Assembly: GCF_963921235.1 (NCBI RefSeq)
Contig: NC_086097.1
Location: 195,054,001-195,118,000, forward strand
Direction: 5' to 3'
Origin: Mobula hypostoma
Taxonomy: Eukaryota
Length of the DNA stretch: 64,000 nucleotides
Position 1 is the first letter of the stretch; every line of letters starts with the position of its first letter. A program made the translations under genes and the position numbers. This document shows, piece by piece, positions 37,628-50,471 of this stretch. The notes below the pieces were generated by a model. It saw only the letters and a program-made list of their open reading frames with translations, was not told the DNA's origin and searched no databases.

Positions 37628-38930
37628 TAGTGGCATGCAAAAGTTTGGGCACCCCCATCAAAATTTCTGTTACTGTGAATAGCTAAGTGAGTAAAAGATT
37701 AACTGATTTCAAAAGGGCATAAGGTTAAAGATGACACATTTCTTTAGTATTTTAAGAAAACTTTTTTATTTCCATGTTTTACAGTTTCAAAATAACAGAA
37801 AAGGATAAGGGCCCGAAGCAAAAGTTTGGGCACCCTGCATTGCAGTACTTACTAACACCCACTTTGGCAAGTATCACAGTTTGTAAACACTTTTTGTAGC
37901 CAGCTAAGAGTCTTTCAATTCTTGTTTGGGGGATTTTCACCCATTCTTCCTTGCAAAAGGCTTCTAGTTCTGAGACACAAAATACTCTGCAGATGCTGGG
38001 GTCAAAGCAACTCTCACAACACTCTGGAGGAACGCAGCAGGTCGGGCAGCATCCGTGGAAATGATCAGTCAACATTTCAGACTGGAACTCTTCGTCAGGA
38101 CTGAAGAGGGAAGGGGCAGAGTCCCTATAAAGAAGGTGGGGGGGTGGGAAGGAGAAAGCTGGTAGGTTCTTGGGCCATCTTGCATGCACTGCTCTTTTGA
38201 ATCCACAGATTCCTGATGATGTTTAGGTCAGGTAACTATGAAGGCCATGGCAAAACCTTCAGGTAGTCTATTGTGGATTTTGAGGTGTGTTTAGGATCAT
38301 TATCCTGTTGTAGAAGCCATCCTCTTTTCATCTTCAGCTTTTTTACAGATGGTGTGATGTTTGCTTCTAGAATTTGTTGGTATTTAATTGAATTCATTCT
38401 TCACTCCACCAGTAAATGTTCCCCGTGCCACTGGCTGCAACAAAAACCCAAAGCGTGATCAATCCACCCTGGTACTTAACAGTTGGAGAGGTGTTCTTTT
38501 CATGAAATTCTGCACCCTTTTTTCTCCAAACATACCTTTGCACGTTGTGGCCGAAAAAAAAAGACGGCCCAAGAATCTCACAGAACTAGAAGTCTTTTGC
38601 AAGGAAGAATGGATGAAGATCCCCCAAACAAGAGGTGAAAGACTCTTAGCTGGCTACAAAAAGCATTTACAAGCTGTGATACTTGCCAAAGGGGGTGTTA
38701 CTAAGTACTGACCATGCAGGGTGCCCAAACGTTTGCTTCGGGCCCTTTTCCTTTTTTGTTATTTTGAAACTGTAAAAGGTGGAAATAAAAAAGTTTTCTT
38801 GCTTAAAATATTAAAGAAATGTGTCATCTTTAACTTTATGCCTTTTAGAAATCAGGTCATCTTTTACTCGCTTAGCTATTCATAGTAAAGAAATTTTGAC
38901 CAGGGGTGCCCAAACTTTTGCATGCCACTG
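37628..38930. mobile_element. Tc1-like (IR/DR type) non-autonomous element with duplicated right arm
   Basis: TIR CAGTGGCATGCAAAAGTTTGGGCACCCC at both ends, inner repeat GCAAAAGTTTGGGCACCCTG, TA at 38931, transposase remnant WLLQQDNDPKHTSKST on the minus strand; the C-terminal ELE.FCKEEW.KIP...AK..TKY segment is present in both arms. Confidence 0.9.
37975..38168 (-). mobile_element. Penelope pLTR-derived fragment inserted in the Tc1 element
   Basis: CTGCAGATGCTGG...GGAGGAACGCAGCAGGTCGGGCAGCATC...CTTCGTCAGGACTG matches the pLTR family at 61885-62030. Confidence 0.75.
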
Positions 38931-40489
38931 TATATGTGTGTTTTGCATGCTGCTTCAAAAACTCTTAAAATTCAGCATGTCTCTGAAAATCCTATCGCAT
39001 CAAGACAATAACGTTACTTTATAATCCATTGTGTATGACACAATGGTCCTGTAACTTCTTTGAAAGTATTGTTTGTTATTTTGCCATTTCTGCTGTCATT
39101 CCTTTGATAAGAAAATCAGAGAAAAATAGAAATGCATTTGAATTAAATGTAACATTGTTGAAACTATATTTTGTTTCTTGAATATTGTTCTAGGCATTAC
39201 AAATTAGAAACTACTCAGTTAAATATGATTTGTCTTCCAATAAAATAATGCACCACTGGCACTTGAGAATCATGTTGTAATACTATTCTGACTCATTGGT
39301 GATTATATTTATGGTACCGATATTCACTTCATGGACTAAAAGGGAAATATGTGAAAAAATAATAACTATTGTGTGTCATAACAAAGCATCTAGCATGTTG
39401 AAATGAAGTGTTCAACTATTAAGTACGATTATGTGCTATCCACTGAAGTGATATGTACTAAGGTTTATAATACAATTCAGGATGACTGAAGTTTACTACA
39501 TGGATTTATATATTTTCTTTTCCTCAACATTATTAAAACATTTTTATCTTTTATTCAACACCATTTTAGGGTATCCATTGATAGGTAAAAAAACCATCTC
39601 CCTTGCCACAGCTGCGCTCATCCCAGTTGAATTTGTTTCCACACTCATTATAGTTTACTTTGTACCTTACAGCTAAGGAGAATTAAATTCCATTCTTCAG
39701 CAATTTTCAAAGATTAAGCCATGATATATAATGACATAAAGACCCTTTCATGAATACCCAAACAAATACCTAATGAAACATCAAAACAGTTATTCATTCA
39801 AAAGAAGAATAAAGCCCATCCTACATTTAAAGCATGCCACAAGCTATATCAGAAGAAAGTGCCATTTTCTGGAAGTACATAAATATAATCATTGGAGTTG
39901 AAAATTGGAAGTTTTTTCTGCCATACTCCCAGGCAAAACCAGATGAATAGCTAAATTATATCTGCACATTTTGACTCTTTATTTTTTGGATGAATTTGAA
40001 AATGGAGGGTGATTACATGTAACAGCCAACAATAAATCTGGCCTCCATTTATTCATTTATTTTGATATTTCACTCTCATGATCTACCCTCTGTTTTAAGA
40101 CTACTGATGATTTCTTAGTGCAATAAAATGAACTTTTGATCTCTCAATGTATCTCATAATGACCTTTGGATATTATTCTCTATCTACTCTACACTTCCTT
40201 TGTTTTGCATTCTGGTGTTGTTTTACCTTATACTATCTCAGCGCACTGTATAATTAACTGATCTGCATGATCAGTAGGCAAGACAAATTTTTCAATGTAC
40301 CTTAGTACATGTGACAATATTAAACCAATTCTAATTCCAATTTCAACTTCTGCTTTTAAGCATTTTTCTCAAATTTAGCTTCTTGATGGTCTTCTGCATT
40401 CCTCCCTAGAAAGATTCCTGACTAGATTGTATCTACCCCACATTTCTTGAAATAGCCATTTTGAACGCATCCACCACTCTTTGATCATA

Positions 40490-40955
40490 GAGCAGTATGG
40501 CATAAGAACAGGCCTTTTGGACCACAGTGTTTGTACCGAATACAATGTTGAATAAACAAATACTTTTCTGCCTGTACATGATCCATATTCCTCCATTCCC
40601 TGGATATTCATGTGCCTAACAGCCTCTTAAATGCCTCTTTTGCATCTGTTTTCACCACTTGCACTGGCATCCAAAGCAGGCACCTAACGCTTGGTGTAAA
40701 AACTTGTTCTGCTTATCTCCTATCATTGTTCCCCTTTGTACCTTAAGGGAACATCCTCTAGTACTTGACATTTCTACCCATGCCTCTCATCATCATCTTA
40801 TAAACTTCTATCAGGTCCCCCTTCAGCTTCCACCATTCCAGAGAAAACAACTCAAGTTTGTCCAACCTCTCCTTATAGCTTATGCCTTTTAATTCTGGTA
40901 AACATCTTCTGCACAATTTCCAAAGCCTCTACGTCCTTCTTATAATGGGGTGACA
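40490..40955 (-). mobile_element. Old CR1 3' fragment
   Basis: Typical CR1 3' end on the minus strand (CAGGCCTTTTGG..., CCTCTTAAATG..., CCAGAGAAAACAACTCAAG). Confidence 0.6.
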
Positions 40956-41387
40956 ATAAACAAAAGTAATGGTACTTGTTGAAACTTCCTGCATCACTGT
41001 AGTTATTAAGTGCTCAAAGTTGTTTTGCAATGAACTTGGTGACACTACATGAAGGAGGTATCAGTGAGCATTTTGATAAAAGTGTAGCAGTTGCTCATAT
41101 AATAAAGAGAGCTAGGGCTAAGAGAAACTGTGGAAATTATAACAAACAAAAAAGAAGAAAATATAAACAAATACCCTTTTATTCTGACTGATGACTTGTT
41201 TTCTCAGTTAAGAGAATTGAAGATCATATAAACCTTATAAATGTTATATTTTTTTTACACATTAGTTAGATGAAGGTTCAAATTCAAGACAGTTTAATGT
41301 CATTTCTAGTACACAAATGTAAAGGAGAAAAAGGGAATAGTTACTCTGGATCCAATGTAACAGAAAAATAAACACAATAAGATAAAT

Positions 41388-41902
41388 TTAGGCCCTTATC
41401 TTAGAAAGGATGTGCTTAAACTGGAGGGTATTCAAAGGAGGTTCACAAAACTGATTCCAAAGTTAAATGGCTTGCCACGTGAAGAGCATTTGATGGCTCT
41501 GGGCCCGTATTCACTGGAGTTTAGAAGAATGAGGAAACCTATAGAGCGGTGAAAGACATTGATAGAGTGGATTTGAAGAGGGTGTTTCCTATGGTGGAAG
41601 TGTCTAAGACCAAGAGAACACAGTTTCAAAATAGAGAGGTGTCCTTTTTGAGTGGAGATGAGAAGAAAATTCTTTAGTCAGAGAGTGATGAATCATGAAT
41701 CTGTGAAATTCTTTGTCATAAGCAGCTGTGGAGGCCAAGTCCTTGTGTATATTTAAGGGCGAGTTTGATAGACTATTGATTGGTCGGGGTATGAAGGGAG
41801 AGGGGAAGAAGGCAGGATATTGGGGCTGAGAGCCGTGATGAAATGGTGGAGCTGACTTCGTGGGCTAATTCTGCTCCTATATCTTATGGTCATATGGTCT
41901 TA
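41388..41902 (+). mobile_element. CR1 3' fragment
   Basis: PYLRKDVLKLE..QRRFT motif; (CTTATGGT)n-like tail at 41880-41901. Confidence 0.85.
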
Positions 41903-43461
41903 TAAAGAACTCAATAATAAAAAGACAATAAGTATAAATATGTAAGATAGCTCATATACATGGATGGATTGAATGTCCATAGAGTAACGTTAGGCACAGG
42001 AGTGACAGAAAATGATAAAGTTGTGGTGATGGGGGTGTGGAGGAGTGGGTGAATGGATTAGAGTAATCGCAAGTAATTTTCAGCCTGGACTGTTCTGATA
42101 CACAGACTTCCTTTTGGAATAATATTAACTTTGAACATTTTCCAAAGACATATAAAGGGCTTATATACTGTAAAATAAACTTATTAAACTTCAAAGGTAT
42201 AAAACCCATGTTCCAGAAATATTTTACAAGAACCTTTGGGAAGGAAAGCAGAAACGTTTCTACATATTTTTAATAATTCATTAAAAAAGCTACCTAACCC
42301 TAATGACTTAAGAAGGAGAATAAGACTTGTCCTGGGAATTGACTCTAATGTTAGGAAATACAAAGATAATTCTTTGAAAGGAGGGATTAGAGAAAAATAT
42401 TGAGAAACAAGAAATGTCATAATGAATAATCAGCATGAGTTTAATTGGAGAAGGTCTTATTTGACCACTTATTAAATTCTTGGGAAGATAACATGAACAC
42501 AAACTTTTGTTGTTTCAGAGGAGATCTGCAGCAGGTCAAGCACAATCAATGGGAAAAGGAACAGTGAAACATTCCACCATAATGGACATGTTCAGCCCAG
42601 CTTTGTGAGCCAAAGGGCCTGTATTGTGCTGTAGGTTTTCTATGTTTCTATGTTTCTATAATAAACAGCTTTTCCTGACTTCATCAAAACAATGGGTGGA
42701 ACATTTTAAATGCATTACGATTGTGCATACTTTACACTTACAGTGAGTGTGCCGAGACATTCATCCAGTGGCTGAAATATGAAGATAATGTCATTATTAG
42801 CCTATACCAATATTCTTTGAGCTAATAATTCCTACAAATTTAATTAACATTAATACATGCAGTGAAACAAAAGCCTGTTAATCTTCAAGCCCTGCAAGAT
42901 TGTGTGCATTGGCAATATCTATAAAATTGCTATAGTGCATAGATTACTATTACTAACATTTTATCTGTTAGAGTTTGCGCCCACCAATGCCCACTATTTA
43001 TTAATGTTCTCCTGCCTGCCAAGTTTTCTAATGAGAGAATATCTGAGTGTATGATATAGAAGTGACAAAAGGCAGTGATCAAGATTAAAAACCTAATATG
43101 CAGGTTGGCGTGTGTATGACTTGCTCAAAGGAACTCTCTGCAATACGACCTCATAAGTACCAGCATTAAATCCTCCACAAAATCATTGGATACTCGTGGT
43201 TATTATATCACCACCAAGGGTAGTCTTGGTCTTCTGTTGTGGTTTCCTTCTCCTGCAATGAAAAACTGATGAGTAAAATGCAAATTGCTTGTTGTATCCT
43301 ATCCTTGATTATGCTGAATATGCAAGCAATGCATTCCATCTGTGGAAACATTTGATAATGTCTTACGACCACACAAGGTAGGTGGCACTAATCATAGTAA
43401 ACCGATAATGATCTTGTGTGTCTATGACAAGGGCTCCCTGATCTCAAGCACCATTCCAATA

Positions 43462-44762
43462 TCTATATATTACTAAAACTCTCATGCTCTGTCTGTCTGT
43501 TTGTGACCTCCAATTAGTGCAAATGGTGCATTACAGTGGCACTTTTTTTGGCTAAATTGAATTAAAATGTGCTAACTTACAGAATGCAGGCAAAGTTCAG
43601 GGTTATATTTTCGTATAAAATTGCTCATTCGTAAAAATCAACAGGCTCCTTTTTAACCCGAGAGCCAATCCGCCATCATGGAAATCGGGACGCGACAGCC
43701 CGATGCATGCGCACAGCCAGCCTCAGCAGCGACACCTACCAGAGCAAAAGGGCAGGGCAGCTCTATTTCGAGGGGTCACATTCTGCTAATCACCATCAGC
43801 ATGTGCAGGATTGCGACAGATCTAACTGCCACCCATCAATAAGAGATAATTAAATCTTATTGTAATGACGTACTTCGAGACACCCATAAAACCCTTTGCT
43901 GCAGTCAAAGGACAGCGGTGACTATATCATGTCCATTTAGGAGAGCGCCAATCACATCATCAAGAATAATCAGCATCCTTTGGTGTTACTGCTTCGTATC
44001 TTCTATCCAGCATTAGGGTAAAAAAAATGGTCAGCCTAATTATGCCGCATGGTAAGGGAAGGGGGATATTATGGTCAAGAGATGACGCCAAATGTCGCCG
44101 GGAAGTGGCAAGGAGAGGGAGAGAACAAGAATCAGATGAGGCCAGGGCCGCACGACTCCAGGATCGAAGAGTCAGGACAAAAAAAGATGAGAGGAGAAGA
44201 GACAGAGGAGGAGAGGCATGCACATCTCCTAAATGTCAACGACTGGCATAGAAGGAGGAGAGACGAAGAGACAAAGGAGCTGAAAAATGCACGTCTCCAG
44301 GATCAGAGACAAACAACAAACAGCAGAAGAGATGAAGAAATGGGGGATGAGAGGGCTGCACATCTCCAGGATGACAAAAACAGGCAAAGAAGGAGGAGAG
44401 AGGAAGAGACAAAGGAGCAGAGAAATGCATGTCTCCAAGATCAGAGACAAAAAATAAACAGCAGAAGAGATGAAGAGATGGCAGATGAAAGGACTGCATG
44501 TCTCCAGAATGACAACGAGAAGCACAAGGGTGGCAGATCAACCAGAAATGATGCCATCAAAAGTGTCCTTCGTTAAATGAGGAGGAGCTATATTTGCCTT
44601 GCTACGCATTATTCTTCTTTAATAAACTGAGGTTTTCTTCTTCAATTTCCAAAGCAAGGCGATACCAATAGCATTCAGGAAAATTTAATGTTCATTCTGG
44701 TCACATAAGACTGCACTACCCTTCTGTCAAAGGGTGCCCCAATGGGTCACACCGTTGTCTAG
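43462..44762 (+). mobile_element. Non-autonomous Helitron
   Basis: 5' TC (TCTATATATTACTAAAACTCTC), 3' CTAG preceded by the GC hairpin GTGCCCCAATGGGTCAC (44734-44750), inserted between A (43461) and T (44763), no TSD. Confidence 0.85.
44028..44576 (+). pseudogene. Helitron ORF of ~23-aa E-T/S-x-E-x-R-x-x-R-L tandem repeats (STPR-like), one frameshift
   Basis: QESDEARAARLQDRR, then a shift in the A-run at ~44179-44186, then EETEEERHAHL, EETKELKNARL, EEMGDERAAHL, EETKEQRNACL, EEMADERTACL at 23-aa spacing. Confidence 0.7.
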
Positions 44763-45414
44763 TAATATGCTAATTTTGTCCACACTTCCAGGATTATTTC
44801 ACTCTGTGAAAAATACTCAATCAAAATCAATCACTATATGCGGAGCTAATTACAAAATAATGTGATCTAATGTACCTTACCCCTCACAGTGCCAGCAACA
44901 ATAATAATGGCTGGTAAGTATACAGTGACTGCATCAGCTTTCTGAACATATTCCCTTGCACCAAGCTCCCAGTAGATAAAACACACATTGCACCAAGACA
45001 ATGAAAAAAGCAAATGCCAGAATGCTGGCTCTGTGTGGGGGCATGAGGGCAAATCAAATAAAGAGAAGGTATAATCAGGTCAGAGTAAGGCTAAACTTGA
45101 ACCTTTTATCTCTGCACTGCGTTTCACATTTCCCTTAAAACTCTCCAAGGAAAAATTAAGACTGGAATTTTCCACGCTCTTTTGGAGTTCACTTTGGTTC
45201 TGAGCTCTAATACCATCCGGCACCAGGTCATATTTTCTGCCTCTGTGAAAAATAAATGAAAGCAACACTGACAGATAATTTGTGAATAATTCACTTCTTT
45301 GAGAATTCATTTTATTTCCGAATGTTAACTGATCAATGAAGAGGATTGATAACAATATAATCACAACATCTTTTAAAGGGACAAGAGGTACAGTATTGAA
45401 AAAGGATCACATGC

Positions 45415-46377
45415 TTTCCTGGCGTATATGATGAATAAACCCTTCTTCGGTTTCCAGCCACGTACAGGTACCAATTTTAACTGATGTTTTGATGACAAAC
45501 TCTGCCATCTTCATCAGGGAAGATGCCTGGGTATGTCTAGTCCAGTGGTATTTATACCCCCATCATCCATCCCTCCTGATTGGTTAGTCCTCATTCAATC
45601 AGGTTTCCGCTGTCTTACAATCAAATTTACTTTATACTTTATACTTTATTGTCGCCAAACAATTGATACTAGAACGTATAGTCATCACAGCGATATTTGA
45701 TTCTGTGCTTCCCACACCCTGGAGTACAAATCGATAGTAAATATTAAAAATTTAAATTATAAATCATAAATAGAAAATAGAAAATGGAAAGTAAGGTAGT
45801 GCAAAAAAAAGCTGAGAGGCAGGTCTGGATATTTGGAGGGTACGGCTCTGATCCGGGTCAGGATCCGTTCAGCAGTCTTATCACAGTTGGAAAGAAGCTG
45901 TTCCCAAATCTGGCCATACAAATCTTCAAGCTCCTGAGCCTTCTCCCGGAGGGAAGAGGGACGAACGAAAAGTGTGTTGGCTGGGTGGGTCGTGTCCTCG
46001 AAATTTCTGTTCTTACTTAGTTTGACACCTTCATCTTTGCTAAACTTCTTTTCCTCTAGTTTTATTTCAATAGATTCCTTCACCAGATGGTCCCAAAAGC
46101 CATTGGCACAACACAATAGTTTTGTTCTCCCAAAGTTAATTCTACAGCCATTGTGAATATAATGTTCTGCTACTGCTAATTTCACCAGGTAAACCAAACA
46201 AATACAGCTATTGCGCTCCTTGATGTGGGTTTCCACCATGCATCCCATCTGGCTGATATACACTACTCTGCATTCACAGGGAATCCCATAAACACCAGCC
46301 GTCCTGATTCCCAGGTCATCTTTGACCTGCATATGCTGTGAATTGAGTTTTCTTACGGGTTTGTTGATGGTATTAAT
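45415..46377 (-). mobile_element. Penelope-like element (second family), GIY-YIG end plus pLTR, interrupted by a Rex 3' fragment
   Basis: GVYGIPCECRVVYISQ...AVAEH...KESIEIKL..FSKDEG; decayed hammerhead core CTGATGA...AAAC at ~45480-45520 on the minus strand. Confidence 0.8.
45628..46000 (-). mobile_element. Rex1-like 3' fragment with (TAAAGTA)n tail inserted in the Penelope element
   Basis: DTTHPANTLF..PS coding remnant; AAATTT repeated at both junctions. Confidence 0.7.
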
Positions 46378-47880
46378 GTAAAAAAGTAATAAATGTGATG
46401 AGATGTTTGACTGGTAGGGAATGGGGAGCAAGTTGTTCAGCCTTGAAGAGACTGTATGTGGCTTTAGTAAGATCTGTATTGGATTATGGAAATATAGTAT
46501 ATGGATCAGCAGCTAGGTCTCTTATAAGGAAACTGGATGTGATTCAGGCTCAGGCCTTGAGAGTGTGCAGTGGGGCTTTTAAAACGTCACTAGTGTCAGC
46601 CCTACAGGTAGAAATGGGAATAATGCCTTTGGAACTAAGAAGGATGCAACTGATGGCAAACTACTGGGCTAACTTGCAGGGGCACAATGATTCTCACCCT
46701 ACTAAAGGAGTGTTGCAGGAGTGCTGGGAAAATGGGAGGTTTCAGAGGGATACCTTTAGTCGGGTAGGGAATGATATCGCGAAAGAATGTGGAGTATTTG
46801 ATCTGAGGATAAGTCCTTCAGTAGTTTATCCGGTTGTAGCTCCATGGAAGCTTGTATGGCCTGACATAGACTGGCATTTGTTAGAGGTAAAAAGGAAAGA
46901 AAGATATAAAACAGATTTGGTAAATGCATTTAACTGTCATGTGATGGAAAAGTATAATGATTATACTCACATTTATACGGATGGTGCGAAGGAACCTGAA
47001 ACAGGAGTGACAGGGTTTGGGGTGGTAATACCAGCAAAAGAAATTGGAATCAGCAGAAGAACATCTAATAAGTTAGGGGTGTTTACAGTGGAGATGCTGG
47101 CAGTGTTGGTTGCGTTGCAATGGGTGCAGAAAGCCAGACAAGCCAAAGCATTGATATGTTCAGATTCATCCTCAGTTCCAGCAAGTTTAAGGTCTTTTCA
47201 CACAAACAGTCGGCAAGATGTACTTTATGAAGTCCTTCAGTTAGTTACAAGAATTGCAAATCAGGGAGGTCAGGTAAAATTTCTATGGGTTCCAGCACAT
47301 GTAGGGGTGAAGGGGAATGAGAGGGTGGATGACTTGGCAAAGAGGGCGTTAAAGAAAGAAAATGTGGAAATGCACATTAGTATCAGTAAAACAGAGGTTA
47401 AGTGTGTAATCTGGGAATAAGTCAACCGAATGTGGCAAGAAAAATGGGACAGGGAGGGGAAAGGGAGGCATTTATATCAAATACAAAAGAGTGTTGCAGT
47501 TACTAGGGTAGGTAATGGAAACAGAAGAGAGGAAATTGTGTGGACTAGGTTAAGGCTGGGGCATTGTGCATTAAACAAAACATTGAAAATGATAGGGAAA
47601 CACCAGACAGGATTGTGTGAGGAATGTCAGGAAGAGGAGTCAGTAGAACATGTAGTTTTGTGTTGCAGGAAGTATGGGATACAGAGAGAGATGATGAGAA
47701 ATAAATTAAGGGAGTTGAGGATGCAGGAATTCACATTAAAAGGGTTGCTGGGCATGGGTGAGAGAGCACAAGTCCGGGTATTTTTAGCGTTTTTAAGGAG
47801 TACAGGGGTTTTTTATAGAATATGACGAATAAACAGGAATAGGATACTAGGATGGTCAAAGATGGGAGGGTGAAGTGTAG

Positions 47881-47914
<34 letters not shown>

Positions 47915-48030
47915 TTGGGTGAAGGGATTTAGAATGTATGTCTAGTGCACATTCTGGAGCAGAGGGTGACGGTAATGCACCATTAAGATGGATGCCAACC
48001 GCCGTAAAACAAGATACAGACAGACAGAGA
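46378..48030 (+). mobile_element. 5'-truncated I/Nimb-clade LINE with RNase H
   Basis: In-frame ORFs 46395-47420 and 47430-47825 split by one stop: RSVLDYG, IYTDGAK, EMLAV, ICSDS, WVPAHVGVKGNERVDDLAK, RLRLGH, CEEC..ESVEHVVLCC; 3' end GACGGTAATGCACC...GCCAACCGCC plus (CAGA)n tail. Confidence 0.9.
47885..47913. repeat. (GT)n microsatellite inside the LINE 3'UTR
   Basis: About 14 TG/GT units read directly. Confidence 0.95.
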
Positions 48031-48199
48031 TTAGTGAGATGAGCTTCTAAGTATGTTAGGACCTTTTGAGATCAAAAAGAAAAAACATTAAGGTGGGTAA
48101 GTCCCAGTGCTTGAGGTATAAGGTGTGACATCGTAGAGGGAAACGAGGAAGATTTAAAAGGACTCAAATTCTGATTCGAGTTTAATTGGGTGAAAGAAG

Positions 48200-48719
48200 A
48201 CTGAGATTCAGAGTGAGATGAAGAGGGTTTGGTTATTCATTTTTTTTCACTGTTATTTGAAGAGAAGGGGAAGTATGAGTGTGAGGGCAGCTTGTTCTTA
48301 GTGTCGGATGTGGGAGGTCCTGGAGTCTCCAAGCCTCCCGGACATCCACATCTGCGCCAGGTGCGTCGACATGCAGTTCCTAAGAGACCGCGTTAGGAAA
48401 CTGGAGCTGCAGCTCGCTGACCTTCGTCTTATCAGGGAAGGGAGAGTGAGGAGTTGATAGAGAGAAGTTACAGGCAGGTGGTCACACTGGAGCCACGGGA
48501 GGCAGGCAAGTGGGTCAAGGTTAGGAGGGGGAATAAGAAGAATAAAGTATTAGAGAGTACCCCTGTGGCAATAAGTACTCCTGTTTGAGTACTGTTGGGG
48601 GCGACAGCATACCTGGGGGAAGTAACACTGGCTGTGCTTCCGGCACAGAGTCCAGCCCTGTAGCTAAGGAGGATAGGGAACGGAAAAGGAGGGCAATAGT
48701 AATAGGGGACTCAATAGTT
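48200..48719 (+). mobile_element. CR1 ORF1 5' fragment
   Basis: Zn-finger remnant HICARC, LRDRVRKLELQL, AIVIGDSIV, similar to CR1-A ORF1. Confidence 0.8.
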
Positions 48720-48743
48720 ATAAATGCACCTATTACTGTAAAA

Positions 48744-49748
48744 GGATCTGTACTGGGTCCAATGTTGTTTGTAATACATATTAATGATCTAGATGATGGG
48801 GTGGTAAATTGGATTAGTAAGTATGCAGATGATACTAAGATAGGTGGTGTTGTGGATGATGAGGTAGGTTTTCAAAACTTGCAGAGAGATTTAGGACAGT
48901 TAGAAGAGTGGGCTGAAAGATGGCAGGTGGAGTTTAATGCTGAAAAATGTGAGGTGCTACATTTTGGTAGAACTAGTCAAAATAGGACATACATGGTAAA
49001 TGGTAGGATATTGAAGAATGCTTTAGAACAGAGGGATCTAGGAATAATGGTGCATAGTTCCCTGAAGATGGAATCTCATGTGGATAGGGTGGTGAAGAAA
49101 GCTTTTGGTTTGCTGGCCTTTGTTAATCAGAGCATTGAGTATAGGAGTTGGGATGTAATGTTGAATTTGTATAAGGCATTGGTAAGGCCAAATCTGGAGT
49201 ATTGTGTACAGTTCTGGTCACTGAATTATAGGAAGGATGCCAATAAAATTGAGAGAGTACAGAGGAGGTTTACTAACATGTTGCCTGGGATTCATCTCCT
49301 AAGTTACAGAGAAAGGTTGAACAAGTTAGGTCTTTATTCTTCGGAGCTTAGAAGGTTGAGGGGAGACTTGATAGAGGTGTTTAAAATTATGAGGGGGATT
49401 GATAGAGTTGACCGTGGTTAGGCTTTTTCCATTGAGAGTGGGGAAGATTCAAACAAGAGGGCATGGGTTGAGAATTAGAGAACAAAAGTTTTGGGGTAAC
49501 ATGAGGGGTAACTTCTTTTCTCAGACAGTGGTAGCTGTGTGGAACGAGCTTCCAGCAGAAGTGGTTGAGGCAGGTTCTACGTTGTCGCTTAAAGTTAAAT
49601 TGGATAGATATATGGACAGGAAAGGAATGGAGAGTTATGGGCTGAGTGCAGGTCGGTGGGAATAGGATAGGGTAAGAGTTTGGCACGGACTAGAAGGGCC
49701 GAGATGGCCTGTTTCCGTGCTGTAACTGTTATATGGTTATATGGTTTT
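48744..49748 (+). mobile_element. 5'-truncated CR1 (RT C-terminal half plus 3' tail)
   Basis: GSVLGPMLF..INDL, KYADDTK, LVRPNLEYC; (TATATGGT)n tail. Confidence 0.9.
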
Positions 49749-50471
49749 ATATATATATGCCAGACTATTGAGAGAGGCAAGAAATGAGTGTGCTGGGGCC
49801 TTGATCAAGATCTTTGTGTCCTCTCTGGCAACAGGCAATGTCCTAGAGGGCTGGTGAGGAGCTGATGGTTTTTTCTATTATTCAAGAAGGGAAATGGGGA
49901 TAACCCTGGCAATTACAGACTAGCAAGCTTTAGTGAAACCATTGGAGAGCTTTCTTAGTTATAAGATTTATGAACATTTGGAAATCTTTGGCCTAATTAA
50001 GGACAATCAGTATGAGTTTGTGTGAGTCAAGTCACCTCACTAATTTCATTACATTTCTCAAGGAGTTGGTAAAGGTATGGATGTCTATGTTTACATAGAT
50101 TTTAGTAAATGCCTTGTTATGTGATATGGCTGTTCATGGGAGGCTCATCCAGAAGATTCAGAACAAGAGCATTTAAGAACATTTAGATAGGTACACGAAT
50201 GTGCAGAGAATGGAGAGTTATAGATATTGTGTAGGCAGAAGCAATTAGTTTATTTAGGCATTTAATTAGACTGGCACAACATTGTGAGCCAAATAGTTTG
50301 TGTCTGTGCATAGAATACTATATTCTATGCACTATGTTCTAAAATTAAGATGAATGAGATCTATGATAATTAGGCCACTTGGATTCAGAAATGGCTTACC
50401 CAAAGAAGACAATGGGTCTTATTCAGGCTGGAGATTCATGACTGGTGGTATTCCATAGGGATGCATACTTA

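Noticed and set aside
45757..46431. 224-aa ORF as a single gene
   Set aside because: Patchwork of antisense Nimb start, Penelope GIY-YIG and Rex tail.
48585..49421. ORF1-RT fusion protein of 278 aa
   Set aside because: Chance in-frame juxtaposition of an older CR1 ORF1 fragment, a short spacer and a separate 5'-truncated CR1.
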